Shown: positions 11,897 through 24,254 of the stretch, piece after piece
Layout: each line of letters starts with the position of its first letter
How positions within the stretch are numbered: the stretch's first letter is position 1
Source of the DNA: Rebecca billardiae RCC1528
Taxonomy: Eukaryota; Protista; Haptophyta
Assembly (NCBI GenBank): GCA_965240325.2
Contig: OZ251223.1
Span: 4,216,001 to 4,280,000 of the forward strand
DNA: 64,000 nt
Direction of reading: 5' to 3'
Program-made: the position numbers and the translations under genes
The notes under the pieces: generated by a model
The model's input: only the letters and a program-made list of their open reading frames with translations
Told to the model about the DNA's origin: nothing
Databases searched by the model: none

Positions 11897-12242
11897 CGTC
11901 GACGCAGCACTCAGCAGCCCTGCAAATTACAGTTTACTCTGATTTTAATGATGCTTGCGCTCGTCTTCTGCTCGATCGACGTATTTACCCTGCTGAGATC
12001 ATGATGCGGGCCAACCGTGACAATGAGTCACTACCATACAGTACTGTACAGCCAGCAGACTTGATGACACTACGGTGCGCCGGTCTGTTTTGTGGCGGTG
12101 TCTACTTCAATGTGCAGTGTTGGATGGCGTCAATCACGCCAAGGTTAATTCAGGCCGCAGGTCTGGAGCCGGGAGAGTGCGCAGACTCTGTGTGCCAGGA
12201 CACGCGACTCGCGTGTCACTCAGGCAGGCAGGCATGCGAGGC

Positions 12243-13587
12243 TCACAGCCCGGTCCGCTGCAGCAGCAGCCCGATGATGAGCGTGATGGGCACGCTCGAC
12301 ATCACGTACAGCACGAAGAGCAGCTGGCCCGTCTGCGCGGCGAGGCGCTGGTCGCCGGTCAGCCGCGCCATCATCACGAGGTTCTGCGCGGGCGGCATCG
12401 AGGCGCAGAGCAACAGTGTGAACTCGAGCACCGGGTTCTGCGCCGCCGAGGGCAGCAGCCGCAGCGCGCGCAGCGCCCAGAGGATCGCCCGCTGCAGCAG
12501 CGGGGAGAGCGCAAAGCGGCCTGCGCAAGGGGCCGCGCACGGCGCGGCGGGCGTGAGCGCTGTCGAAAGGCACCACGGCCGCGCCGCCCATGCGCACGCG
12601 GGCGCGGGGCAAGCGCGCACTCGCCATCACGCCACCAAGCATCGCGCGAGGCCCCAGCTCCCGCTCCTGCGCCTCCGGCGCAGGCTCGGACACCGCGTCA
12701 CCAGGCTGGCGTGCAGACGCGCCACTCACGAGCGAGCCGGCGAGTACAAGTAACGCGGCGGAGGAGCATCCGCGGCCGAGCCGCGCGCACGCGGCGAGCG
12801 CGATCTGCACGGGCGAGCGGCGCGCCTCGAGCAGCGCGCGCGGGCAGCACAGCCCGAGCAGCAGCCCGCTCAGCGCGGCCACGATCGGCGGCTGCAGCAG
12901 AGGAGCGAGCGCCCGGCGCCAGCGGGGCGCGCCCGCGGGCCCGGCAGGGCGCTCCCCGGCGAGCACGCCAGGCGCGATCGACCACAGCATCAGCGCCGCG
13001 CCCAGCTGGTACAGCGCTATGCAGCTCGCCGCAGAGGGCAGCACGGTCGGGTCTGCGTAGTGCGCGGGGTTGAAGAGCCCCTCACAGAAGCCGAGGGGCA
13101 GCACGGCGTTGTTGCCAAAGGACGAGAGCGCGGTGAATATGCGCGCGGATGCCGAGCTGCGCGGCACGCGCAGCACGCGCAGCACCAGCGCCGACACTCC
13201 CAGCGCCACGCTGACCTGCACCATTGCGCACAGAGGCAGCATCAGCATGCCGCCGCCCAGCCCGATCGTCGACACGGTCTTCACGACGTTCGAGAAGAGG
13301 AAGCACGGGAGGAGCACGTTGAACACGATGCGGGCGAGCTGGGTGATCGCGGCCGGCTCGACCAGCCCCCACGCGACCACGGCATACCCGACGCCCGCCG
13401 ACGCAATCAGCTCGCTCACCGCGACCAGCGAGGTCTCAAGCACCTGCGGCGAGAACGCTGCGAGCCCCGGAGCCGAGCTGACGATCGAGGAAGCGCGGCG
13501 TGCCGCGCGGAGGACAGGCGGCGCCCAGCCCGGCGCGAGCGCGAGCCCGAGCGCCAGCGCCGCCCACGCCGAGCGTGCACCGAGCAT
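12243..13587 (-). CDS. Auxin efflux carrier family (PILS/AEC-like) transporter, paralogue 1
   Basis: Intron 12521-12620; LLPCFLFS, FGNNAVLPL, SMPPAQNL; about 10 hydrophobic segments; alternative start at 13629. Confidence 0.85.
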
Positions 13588-13728
13588 GCGTCCTCGGCTG
13601 CTGCATCCGGCGGCGGCGGCGGCATGCATTTCCGCCTCACTTGTTGTAGCAGTGTTGCTTGATGTACTGTATCATACAGTATCATGGTACTGTACAGTAC
13701 CGTAGTACGTTCCGTATACATACTATGG

Positions 13729-13830
13729 TACAGTTTACTAAGAATAAGAGACGCACACAGCTCAGGCAGGCGAGATTGACGCCCGCCAACTGTCACCGCC
13801 CATGAAGCCGTCGCCGATGGTATAGCGCCG
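13729..13830 (+). repeat. Dispersed repeat family B, copy 2
   Basis: tacagtttactaaga..gacgcacacagctcaggcaggcgagattgacgcccgccaactgtca matches 30794 onward. Confidence 0.8.
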
Positions 13831-13849
13831 CCGCGGTACGTACAGTTTA

Positions 13850-14095
13850 TAAATATTTGTTTTATTAACGTGCGTAACACGCTCTCCGAAGAGAGACGAC
13901 CTGGAAACAGTGGTTTTGAACCCATGAGTCATGACTGACAGTCTCAGACGCAAGGCCAAGAGCACTTATTTATTTGTTTTAACGTGCGTGAAGGCCTCAC
14001 GGTGGCAGGTTGCCGCGCCATCCTTCATCGCACGCCTAGCTCCGAAGAGAGACCTGGAAACTGGTTTGAACCCATGACCTCAGACGCAAGAGCAC
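13850..14095 (+). repeat. Local tandem duplication (about 13850-13965 and 13966-14095) differing by short insertions
   Basis: ctccgaagagagac...cagacgcaag..agcac at 13884-13965 and 14040-14095; tatttgtttt..aacgtgcgt occurs twice. Confidence 0.85.
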
Positions 14096-14320
14096 GCCAG
14101 TACTCCCACTCGGCCACAATAATGTTGTCGCACGTATTGTACGTACACTGATGTATGCAGCATGGGCCCGCCCTGCTGGCTGAGCCCGGTGGTTGCAGAG
14201 CCGTGCGTGTCAGAGACAGAGTGAGTGTCGATCCTAGCTCGGCACATGCATGGCCTGGGCAGGGCGTGCAGCCGCGCAGAACACGCTCGCGCGCACCACC
14301 GGGCAAGGGGCGCGCGAAGC

Positions 14321-15728
14321 TCACAGCCCGGTCCGCTGCAGCAGCAGCCCGATGATGAGCGTGATGGGCACGCTCGACACCACGTACAGCACAAACAGCA
14401 GACGGCTCAGCCGCGTGGCGAGGCGCTTGTCGCCCGTCACCTGCGCGATCACCACGAGGTTCTGTGCGGGCGGCATCGAGGCGCAGAGCAACAGCGTGAA
14501 CTCGAGCACCGGGTTCTGCGCCGTCGAGGGCAGCAGCCGCAGCGCGCGCAGCGCCCAGATGATTGTGAGCTGCAGCAGCGGGGAGAGCGCGAAGCGGCCT
14601 GCGCAAGGGGGCGCGCACGGCGCGGCGGGCGTGAGCGCTGTCGAAAGGCACCACGGCCGCAACGCCCATGCGCACGCGGGCGCGGGGCAAGCGCGCACTC
14701 GCCATCACGCCACCAAGCATCGCGCGAGGCCCAAGCTCCCGCTCCTGCGCCTCCGGCGCAGGCTCAGGCTCCGCGCGCGCGAGCGCAGACGCGTCCGCGC
14801 CTGCCGACACGCGGGCTGATGCGCCACTCACGAGCGAGCCGGCGAGGACGAGCATGGCCGCCGGGGTGTACCCGCGGCCGAGCCGCGCGCACGCGGCGAG
14901 CGCGATCTGCACGGGCGAGCGGCGCGCCTCGAGCAGCGCGCGCGGGCAGCACAGCCCGAGCAGCAGCCCGCTCAGCGCGGCCACGATCGGCGGCTGCAGC
15001 AGAGGAGCGAGCGCCCGGCGCCAGCGGGGCGCGCCCGCGGGCCCGGCAGGGCGCTCCCCGGCGAGCACGCCAGGCGCGATCGACCACGCCACGGGCGACC
15101 AGCCAAGAAGGTACAGCGCCATGTAGCTCGCCGCAGCGGGCAGCACGGTCGGGTCTGCGTAGTGCGCGGGGTTGAAGAGCCCCTCACAGAAGCCGAGGGG
15201 CAGCACGGCGCTGTTGCCAAAGGACGAGAGCGCGGTGAATATGCGCGCGGATGCCGAGCTGCGCGGCACGCGCAGCACGCGCAGCACCAGCGCCGACACT
15301 CCCAGCCCCACGCTGATCTGCACCATTGCGCACAGAGGCAGCATCAGCATGCCGCCGCCCAGCCCGATCGTCGACACGGTCTTCACGACGTTCGAGAAGA
15401 GGAAGCACGGGAGGAGCACGTTGTACACGATGCGGGCGAGCTGGGTGATCGCGTCCGGCTCGACCAGCCCCGACGCGACCACGGCATACCCGACGCCCGC
15501 CGACGCGATCAGCTCGCTCACCGCGACCAGCGAGGTCTCAAGCACCTGCGGCGAGAACGCTGCGAGCCCCGGGGCCGAGCTGACGATCGAGGAAGCGCGG
15601 CGTGCCGCGCGGAGGACAGGCGGTGCAGTCCGCGAACCGAGCGTTGGCGGCGCCGCAACCGCGCACACTGGCCCGCTCGGCGTGAGCGCAAGCGCGAGCG
15701 CCGCCCACGCCCAGCGCACGCCCGGCAT
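14321..15728 (-). CDS. Auxin efflux carrier family (PILS/AEC-like) transporter, paralogue 2
   Basis: Intron 14599-14698 at the same position and length (100 nt) as in paralogue 1; FGNSAVLPL, GYTPAAMLVLAGSL, SMPPAQNL. Confidence 0.87.
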
Positions 15729-15880
15729 GCGGATTCCTCGCGTCATCAAGGGGCCGCAGCTCTCCAGGCAGTGCTTCCAAAGTGCTTCCAACCGTTCGCC
15801 TGCTGCAACGCACAGTGTGGTCCGGCCGCCCGACGGAGGATGACGACGTGGCCCGGACTGGGCTCGAACGTATCGCGGCG

Positions 15881-17030
15881 ATGGCGGCGGCCTCTCGCCC
15901 GGCGCCGGCGGGGCGGCTGACGCTGCAGCAGTCCATGGCGGCGTACGCCGGTCTGGCCGCGCTGATCGCCATCGGCGCGGCTGCGTTCGTCCGCTCGGCG
16001 CCCCCGCTCCCTGCCGCGCAGTGCGCCGACATCGTCACGCCCCTCGATGTGGTGCGCGGCGAGCTGGTGAAGCGGCCGCGCGAGTCGATCCTCGGCCTCT
16101 GGACGTGCCTCAAGGAGTACAAGCGCGACAACTGGGGTTACACCACGGCGGGAATATGGGGCACGTACGTGCTCTTCAAGGTGTTCGGACCGCTCGGTGC
16201 GTCGCCGCCGTCGAACGCGCCGCGGCGCCGCGCGGGCAAGAGAGGGCGCGAGAGGCGTGCTCAGCGCGCGCCGCGCCGCTCGCGCAGGCGCGGGCACGTC
16301 GATGGTGATCTCGATCCTGATCGGCGCGCTGTACGACGAGTGGACCGTGAACATCGGCGGCATGCCGTACTCGCTGCTCGCCCACCTTCTGGGCGTGAGC
16401 GGCGAGGTGTGCGGCGGCATCGGCGGCTTCCTCGTGTCGTACGCGGTCGGCCGCGAGATCCTCGGCGCGTTCGCTGCGGAGAAGATGGCGATGCTGCAGC
16501 AAAAGATGGCCGAGTTCGACGGCTCGCTCTTCAGGTGTGTCGCCGCGCGCGCGTGCACGCGGGGCGGGGCGCGGCGCGGAGCGGCGGCCGGGCACCCCGC
16601 CGCCCAGCGCGACGTGCGCCCACGCGCGCCGCTGAGCGCATGCGACGCCCGGCCGCGACGCGGCCGGCTGCCGCGGCGGGCGGGCAGGTACATGCTCTTC
16701 CTGCGCGTCTCGCCGATGCTGCCCAACTGGTTCGTCAACTACGGCACGCCGCTGGTGGGCATGCCGCTCGGCTACTTCGCGCTCGCCTCGCTCATCGCCA
16801 TCCAGCCCGCCGCGGCCATGTCGATCTCGATGGGCGGCATGGTGCGGCAGGCGGGCGAGGCCGGGCTCGACCTGCTGACGCTCACCAAGCGCGGCGCGGC
16901 GATGGCGCTCACCACGTTCGTGCTCTCGCTCCCGCTCGTGCCCGCAGACGACTGGCGCGCGGCGACGGCGCGTCTGCGGCGTCTGCTCGGCCTCTCGACG
17001 CCGACACTCGAGGCAATTGCGCGCGGCTAA
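15881..17030 (+). CDS. TMEM41/DedA (SNARE-associated, VTT domain) membrane protein
   Basis: Introns 16197-16287 and 16535-16687; FLRVSPMLPNWFVNYGTPLVGMPL matches the TMEM41-type motif. Confidence 0.85.
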
Positions 17031-17400
17031 GCGGATTCGGCGGCGCGGGCGGATGATCATTGATTGAGCAATCTCATCGACGAGACTCCTAAGACTGCAG
17101 ACGATTGGACAGAGAATCTCAGCTAGGACGGTCGTTTGAGTGTGATGAGCGGCAGCGCCGGTCAAGGGGTGGAGTCTTCAAGGGTCGTCAGCATTTCAAG
17201 ATCGGCATCATGTGCAGTTGACCCCGTGCACGGTGCATCCTTGAGGTTGAGGCCTTCGGACCGAAATCCGAATGACCGTGAGGGCGTCCGGGACTCCGGG
17301 TCCGGTTGACACCGGACCGTCTGGGTAGTCGAGGTGGTTCGTCGGCGCCGAGGGAGCGGGCGCCGTCCGTCCGACGAAAGTTGGAGGCCCTCGTCCTCCG

Positions 17401-20400
17401 ATGGCCCTTCCCGCGCTCGTCGCGACGCTCGTCCTCGGCGCATGCGGGCCGCGTGAGGCGGGCTCGTCGGCGTGCACGCCCGCGAACGGCCCGTTCTGGA
17501 CCAACGGCTCCGTCATCGACCTCGAGGCATGCGGCATCCCGAGCCCGTACTCGCCTGAGGGCTGCAACCCGTCCACGTGCACGTTCGACGCTTCGTGCCA
17601 GAACTGCTACTACGCGGCTCAGGGGTGCGAGCGCGACTGCTTTCGCCAGCCGTACAACACGCTCATGGACAACCTGCCCACGGAGCACCGCTCCGAGGCT
17701 GGCGTGCTCGAAGTCGAATTGCATGTGGACGCGTGCTACCACCTGCAGCCACTTCCGGTCGTGTACGAGGGCTGCTCGTCGCCCTCGTCCAAGGAGCGCG
17801 GGCTGGGTACGGTGGGCACGTGGGGCTGGTGCATCAACGGCATGGTACGCAGGCCGCGCGCGCGCGGTGGCGCGGCGCGCGTGCGCGCGCTGCCTGCCCG
17901 CCGCTGACCTCTTGTCGTGTTGGCCTCACCCGCGCGCCTCGCCTCGCGCGCGCGCGCACGCTTTCAGATCCCCGGGCCGACGCTGATCGTGAAGGTGCGG
18001 CCGCTCGCGCGGCCGCTCGCGCGCCGACGTGCGCGCGGCGCAGTTCTGCGCGCCTCACCGCCCGCCCTCCCTCGCGCGCGCGCAGCCCGGTGACCGGCTG
18101 GTCATCAACCTGGTGAACGATCTCGGCGCCGAGATGGCGCAGGCGGACTGGGCGTTCAACCAGCCCGGGCGGTTCAACTCGACGAACCTGCACGTGCACG
18201 GGCTGTACGTCTCGCCGCTGCCCTCGAGCGACCACGTCCTCGTGCACGTCGGCCCGGGCGAGTCGTACACGTACGTGTACGACATCCCGCCGTGGCACCC
18301 GACCGGCTCTTTCTGGTACCACCCGCACCGACACAACTCGGCGGACACGCAGGTGGCGATCGGGATGCACGGGTTCATCCTGGTCGAGGAGCCGGCGGAG
18401 GGCGGCGTGCTGAGCACGATGCCCACCGTGCCGCTCATCTACACGCAGCTGCTCAACCACTTCATCGACGGCTCGGGCCAGACCACGGCCGCGCAGCTCG
18501 AGGCCAACGGCATCGACCCGTCGACGGCGTTCAACCCCGCGCTGATCTGCGGCAACGGCAACCCGTCCTTCCCCGAGCAGGGCGCCGCGCCGGGGCTGCG
18601 GCAGAGCTTCTACTGCGAGAACTACACGGGTGCGCGCGCGCGCGGGCGCCACGCGCCCGCCGTGCCACGCCGCGCGGCCGGCGGCGGCACCGCAGCACGC
18701 GCGCTGAGCTGAGCGTCCGTTGCGCGCGCGCGCGCGCGCGCGCCCGGCGCGCGCCCTCGCGCCCGGCTCGCGGCGCAGCCTCGGCGGTGGGGTACACGCT
18801 GACGACGGGGATGGCACTGCCCAAGATCCAGATGGTCTCGGGCAAGTGGTACCGGCTGCGCATGCTCAACACGGGCAACGGCGAGGTGCAGGTCGTGTGG
18901 GGGCTGGGCGGCGTCTACCCCTCCGAGCTCGGCTGCGAGGCGTGGGTCGTTGCGCGCGATGGGATCACGCTCAAGCGGCCGCGCAACATTGAGGAGTACT
19001 ACCTGTCACGCGAGCGGCCCTACTCGTTCTTCAACGTGCTGATGAGCGGCGCGCGGTACGACTACGCGGTGCGCTGCGAGCGGTCGGCGCTCAACTCGCG
19101 CGGCATCAAGGTGGTCGTCGTGCGCGGCCAGCAGGACCTGCGCACGCCCGGCGCAGCGCCGGCCGACCCAGTGCCGGGGATGACGGTGCGTGCGCGGTGC
19201 GTGCGCGCCCGAGGGCGCGTCAGCCTGTGCGGCGCGCGCGAGCGGGCGCGCGCGCCGCGCGCGCGTGGCGGATGCCGCGCCGCGCTGCCGACGACCGCGC
19301 CGCGCGCGCTGCGCAGGCATACACCGACCCAGTTGCGTACATTGACGTGCTGCCGCCGATCCAGGGCGTGGTGCAGCGCTGCCGGGCGAACCACGCCGCC
19401 GATCGGCCGGCGGGCATGCGCCGGCGCTCCGGCCACCGCCCGCCGCCCTGGTCTGAGTGCGCGCTGCTGCGCGCGCAGCCTCGGTTCAACATGCGCCCCA
19501 CCACGCACCTCGGGCCTGATCTGGGCTGGCGCTTCGCGCCCACCAAGGACGACCCGATCTCGGGGCGCTTCACCGCCAACTTCACGTCCGTGGCCACGCC
19601 GTACACCTCTGCCTGGGGATACCAGCCGGTGCGCGCTCGGCCGCGCCACGTCGCAGCGCGGGGCGCGCCGTGCGCGGCGCGCGCGCCGGCGCCCGGCGCG
19701 GGGCCACTGGGGCGAGGCCGCCAGCACCGCCTCTCCTGTCCGTGTGCAGCCGGCTGTGCCGTGCCCACGTGGCGCTCGGACGAGTCTGTCTCCCCCTCCT
19801 CCCGCCGCCGCGGCGGCGCACGCGCGCTCGCGAGCAGATGCGCCCGCAGCCCACGCCCCCGCCTGGCGCGACCAACTTCTCCTTCACGTTCAACATCAAC
19901 GGGCTGTCCTTCTCGACCACGCACGTGATGCACCGCGCGGCGCTGGGCACGACCGAGGAGTGGACCGTGCAGTCCACCGACTGGGTCGCGCTGCACATCT
20001 TCCACGTGCGCGCGCGGCGGGGCAGGCCGGGCGGGCCGGCGCGGGCGCACGGCCACCGCCGCTCGCGTGCCGGCGCGTGTGTGTGAAGCGCTCACACGCC
20101 CCGCTCTGTCTGCTGTGGCCCGCCCGCGCGCGCACGCAGGTCCACACCTGGCACTTCCAGATCATGGACTATCAGCTGACGAGCACGTACCCGTGGATCA
20201 ACACGCAGGACGCGCTGCCCGTCGACCTCGACGACTTCTGGTTCGACGTGGTCGGGTGCGTCGCCGCCGCGCGCGCGCGCGCGCAGCGGCTCGGCTCGGG
20301 CCCAGGCTGACGTGTTGCGCGCCGAGCGGTGACGCGCCGCGCCGCCGCCTCGCAGTCTGGCGACGCAGGACCTGTCCGACTGCACGTCCGGGCTGTCCAC

Positions 20401-21415
20401 CGACTGCGAGGGCTACCGGCGCGCCTTCGACCTCGCCGGGCCGGGCGGCGCCGCGCTGATCCGGCTGCGCTTCTTCGAGTTCAGCGGCGAGCTGATCTTC
20501 CACTGCCACGTGCTCACGCACGAGGACGCGGGCATGATGGCGTACACGACAGTGGGCGAGGGCGCGGCGCCGCCTGCGCACGCGCTGGAGAGCGTGCCCA
20601 ACCTGTTCTCGTACAGCTGGCGCAAGGGCCCGTGCAAGGACGTCCTGCCCCGCCAGGAGTGCATGCGCCACTCGCGCGAGCGCCGCTGCTGGCAGCGGAG
20701 GGTGGCGAACACGTGCGCGCGCACGTGCGCGCTGTGCACGGACGCGCCGTGGCGCACGCGCGACCGCAAGGGCGCCTTCTACCTCTCCGACACCAACGAG
20801 CCGAGCGGGCCGGGCGGCTCAGCGGCCGGCCGCGTCACCGCGAGCGGCTCGGAGCCGGGTGGCGCCACGTACACGATCTTCCTCACCTCGCCCTCGCAGC
20901 TGCTCATGGCGCCGGGCACGACCGAGTGCGCGCGACGCGCCGCGCGACGCGCGCCCGACGGCGCGCGAGCCCGGCCCTGCGCGCGCGCGCCGCGCGGCTC
21001 CTCCGTCGGTCCGAGCGCGCCCGCCACGCCCTGGCGTGCGTCTGGCGCTCGCAGGTACGAGGACACCGTGCTCAACCCGCCGCTCTCGTCGGCGAATCCC
21101 TGGGGCAGCCAGTGGTCCCTCGCCTCCTTCCTGCGCGCCAGCGCCAACGCAGAAGAGCTCGGCGCCGAGGCGCGCGGCGCGCGCGGCGCCGTGTGGGCGG
21201 CAGCTGCGCTCGTCGCGCTCGGCGGCGCGCTCGCAGCGGGCGTTGGCGTCGCGCGCCGGCGCCAGCTGCAAGCACGCCGCGCTGCTGAGCGGGACTTTGG
21301 GCTCGCACGCGGCGGTACCACTCGCCGCCTGCATGTGGTCGGCACGGCCGGGATGGACGCGACTGACGGCGAGCTCGCGGACGGCAGCGAGGAGGCGAGG
21401 CCAGTGCTGCTCTGA
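17401..21415 (+). CDS. Multicopper oxidase with signal peptide, ShK domain and C-terminal TM
   Basis: Introns 17845-17967, 17995-18085, 18630-18778, 19186-19316, 19629-19837, 20006-20139, 20256-20355, 20926-21054. Copper motifs NLHVHG, FWYHPH, HIFHVH, FHCHVLTHEDAGMM; ShK CKD..C..C..CARTCALC. Confidence 0.9.
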
Positions 21416-21734
21416 GCGTCACGGCACGGGCGTCAGTCACGGGCCGCGCGATCCATCGCGGATGACGCGACGAGATCGAGGCGAGGAGTACGCGCGCGAT
21501 CAGCACGCGCCTGCAGCGCACCCCCGGTTGCACATCGCGGTGAGCCTCGACCGCGGCATCGAAGGAATCAATCAGCTGTCCATGAAGGCTGGGGCCACAG
21601 CGATGAGCGCCTCGATGCGGCAGCGGAGGCTGCGGAGCAGATTTGCGGTCGTCAACCGCCTCGCCCGATTTCCCGATCGAATAAAAATGCGGTCCATGAA
21701 AAAGCGCGCGCTGCCTACGTCGATCGTCGGCACG

Positions 21735-22646
21735 ATGGCATCGGCACTGCCAGTACCCGTGATGCGCACACTGGTCGCGCTCGCGCTGGCGTGGTGCGCC
21801 GGCTGCGCGCGCGCGGCGCAGCCTCCGGCGGGGCGCGCGTCGTCGCGCTTGCCCGTCACCGTGCGCCGCGTCACGCCCGACGAGATGAGCGCGCTCTACC
21901 CCAACGACTGGCATGACGACCCGGCGCTGCGCTCGCGGCTGCTCTCGGACGTGGCGGCGCTCGTGGCATCCGGCTTGTTCGGCGAGAGCAACAACCCGCG
22001 CGCGGAGGTGGCGCTTCAGAAGCGCGTGTATACGGAGTACCTCCACCGCTTCGCCGTCTCGCCCGCCACCGAGCGTGCGCTCGTCGTCGCCTTTGATGCT
22101 GAGCGCGAGGCACCTGTCGGCAGTGTCGTCGTGGAGGTGTGCGCCGCAAGTGCAGACGCGCGCCGCGAGAACGAGCCGCTCGTTGAGCGCGATCCGTCGC
22201 GCCGCCCGGCGTGGCCGCGGCCGTGGGATCGACGCGACCCGCTCGCCGTCGCGCGCGCCCTGCTCGGCGCCGACGCTGACTCGGGTGCGGCCTCCAGCGG
22301 CGGCCCTGGCAGCGGCGACTTTGCCCCACGCGCGCTCGTGGACAGCCTGGTGGTGGCGGAGGATTGGCGCCGGGTCGGCGTGGGCGCCGCGCTGCTCGAG
22401 GAGGCGGAGCGGCTCGCGCGGGATTGGGGGCAGCCCGAGCTCCGCCTGCGCGTCGAGGCCTCGAACAGCGGCGCCCTCGCCTTCTACGGCGCGCTGGGCT
22501 ACGCATGCCCGACGGGCATGGCCGAGGTGGTGGGCGGGCGCAAGCTGGTGGCCGATGGCTGGGGATGCAAGTGGGCACCTGCGAGCGACACGGTGCTTCA
22601 AAAGGCGCTGGACGGCGCGAGCGGTGAAGCGGTCGTTGCGCACTGA
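21735..22646 (+). CDS. GNAT-family N-acetyltransferase with N-terminal signal/targeting peptide
   Basis: LVVAEDWRRVGVGAALL (motif A), LRVEASNSGALAFY; start at 21735 or 21762. Confidence 0.82.
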   Translation: MASALPVPVMRTLVALALAWCAGCARAAQPPAGRASSRLPVTVRRVTPDEMSALYPNDWHDDPALRSRLLSDVAALVASGLFGESNNPRAEVALQKRVYTEYLHRFAVSPATERALVVAFDAEREAPVGSVVVEVCAASADARRENEPLVERDPSRRPAWPRPWDRRDPLAVARALLGADADSGAASSGGPGSGDFAPRALVDSLVVAEDWRRVGVGAALLEEAERLARDWGQPELRLRVEASNSGALAFYGALGYACPTGMAEVVGGRKLVADGWGCKWAPASDTVLQKALDGASGEAVVAH

Positions 22647-22898
22647 TGTAGGGCGAAAGGGAAGCCGTGGCAGCCCTCCTGAGCCTGATCACTGTGATTT
22701 CTCACAATGGGGATCCTTTCGTCGGTGTCGCCGTGTCGGACTCGTCACTCGTGCTACACGCGCGTGCGCGAGAGCGGCTGGAGCGGTGACGCCGGTGGGC
22801 TCGGGCGCCAATGCCCCAGGCGCATGCGGGGGTGTACCTAGGCTCTCTGTCGAGCCAGTTAGCTTGATGGTCCCAGGGCCTTTCAGACTGACGCTACA

Positions 22899-23048
22899 TA
22901 GAGAGAGAGAGAGAGAGAGATCGAGAGAGAGAGTCTCACTCACTCATGTCTGAGAGAGACTCAATCCGAAGTCTCAGAGTGAGAGAGAGAGAGAGAGGCG
23001 AAAAACGGCGGCGGAGAAATTCTTATATATATATATATATATACATAT
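22899..23048. repeat. (GA)n and (TA)n microsatellite cluster
   Basis: Direct reading. Confidence 0.9.
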
Positions 23049-23049
23049 A

Positions 23050-23840
23050 AACTCTTGCTCATCTCGTCGCTCGTGCGGGCGGTGTTGGCGGATGCGGGCA
23101 CGCGGCAGACGCGCGGTGCTGACGATGGCGACGATCACTACTACGACGACGACGTGCATGCGCGCCCGCGCGGGCTCGCGTGCGCCTTCCCCTCCTGCAG
23201 GGACGGCGAGATGCTGGCACTCTCACACAAACCCTTGCTCATCTCGTCGCTCGGGCGGGCGGTGTTGGCGGATGCGAGCGCGCCTGAGCCGGTGACACGC
23301 GTTGCTGACGACGACGCTTTCTACATTTCCCTGCAGCAGCCCGCCGGCGGGCCGGGCTGCGACGTCGACTACACCCTCATCCGCTTCATCGACCTGAGCG
23401 CGCCAGGCGGCGCGCTCACTCTCCAAGCCCCTCTTCTGCAGCTGCGCGCCGCTAGGCCGGTACGCGGCGACGTGTACTACGACCTCATCTTCATCCAGGC
23501 GCCCACGCGGGCGCCCGGGGGCGACAGCCGCGGCTGTCGCTTCCCGCAGCTGCACGCCGCTAGGTCGGCAGGCGGCGACATCGACTACGACCTCAGCCTC
23601 ATCCAAGTGCTTCACCGGAAGGCGCTCGGCCGCGGCGGCATCTGCCGTCGCCGCCGCGTGCCCCAGGCCGAGGCGGTGCTCCATCCCGCCCCCGCTCCCG
23701 TAGGGGGGCAGGGCTGCGGGTGGCGCACTGCCTGACCTGGTCGGAAGGCGCGGACGCATTCTATATGTGTCTGCTGCACTCTGAGCCTGACGCTTGCCCG
23801 TTGCATACCACGTCGTTAAATATATATGTATATGTATATA
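23050..23840 (+). mobile_element. Repeat family A, longest copy b (about 780 bp), between (TA)n tracts, with internal duplications
   Basis: 3' end ccacgtcgttaaatatatatg; internal repeats cttgctcatctcgtcgctcg (23054, 23234) and gcagctgc.cgccgctagg..cggcgac..actacgacctca twice. Confidence 0.75.
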
Positions 23841-23854
23841 TTATTTAATGGCAG

Positions 23855-24123
23855 TAGGTCGGCGGGCGGCGACATCGACTACGACCTCACCCTCATCCAA
23901 GTGCTCCGGAAGGCGCTCGGCCGAGGCGGCATCTGCCGTCGCCGCCGCGTGCCCCAGGCCGAGGCGGTGCTCCGGCCCCGGGCCCCGGCCCCGCTCCCGT
24001 AGGGGGGCAGGGCTGCGGGTGGCGCACTGTCTGACCTGGACGGAAGGCGCGGACGCATTCTATGTGTCTGCTGAACTCTGAGCCTGACGCTTGTTCGTTG
24101 CTGCCACGTCGTTAAATATATAT
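23855..24123 (+). mobile_element. Repeat family A, copy c (5'-truncated)
   Basis: Aligns to about 23560-23825 and ends ccacgtcgttaaatatatat. Confidence 0.8.
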
Positions 24124-24138
24124 TTAAGCTAAGGCCGC

Positions 24139-24254
24139 TAACGACGACGTGGTATATGCTTCAACCGGCAGGCGTTGCCAGGCTCAGAGTGCAGCAGACA
24201 CATAGAATGCGTCCGCGCCTGCCGACCAGGTCAGGCAGTGCGCCACCCGCAGCC
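24139..24254 (-). mobile_element. Repeat family A, copy d (short, inverted, tail-to-tail with copy c)
   Basis: Reverse complement gggctgcgggtggcgcactgcctgacctggtcggc..ggacgcattctatgtgtctgctgcactctgagcctg..ccacgtcgtcgtta. Confidence 0.8.

Noticed and set aside
23055-23735. 226 aa ORF inside repeat A as a real gene or transposase
   Set aside because: No ATG start and no RT or DDE motif; other copies are frameshifted
23050-24254. Clustered repeats as a CRISPR array
   Set aside because: Eukaryotic context, no regular repeat-spacer period and no cas genes
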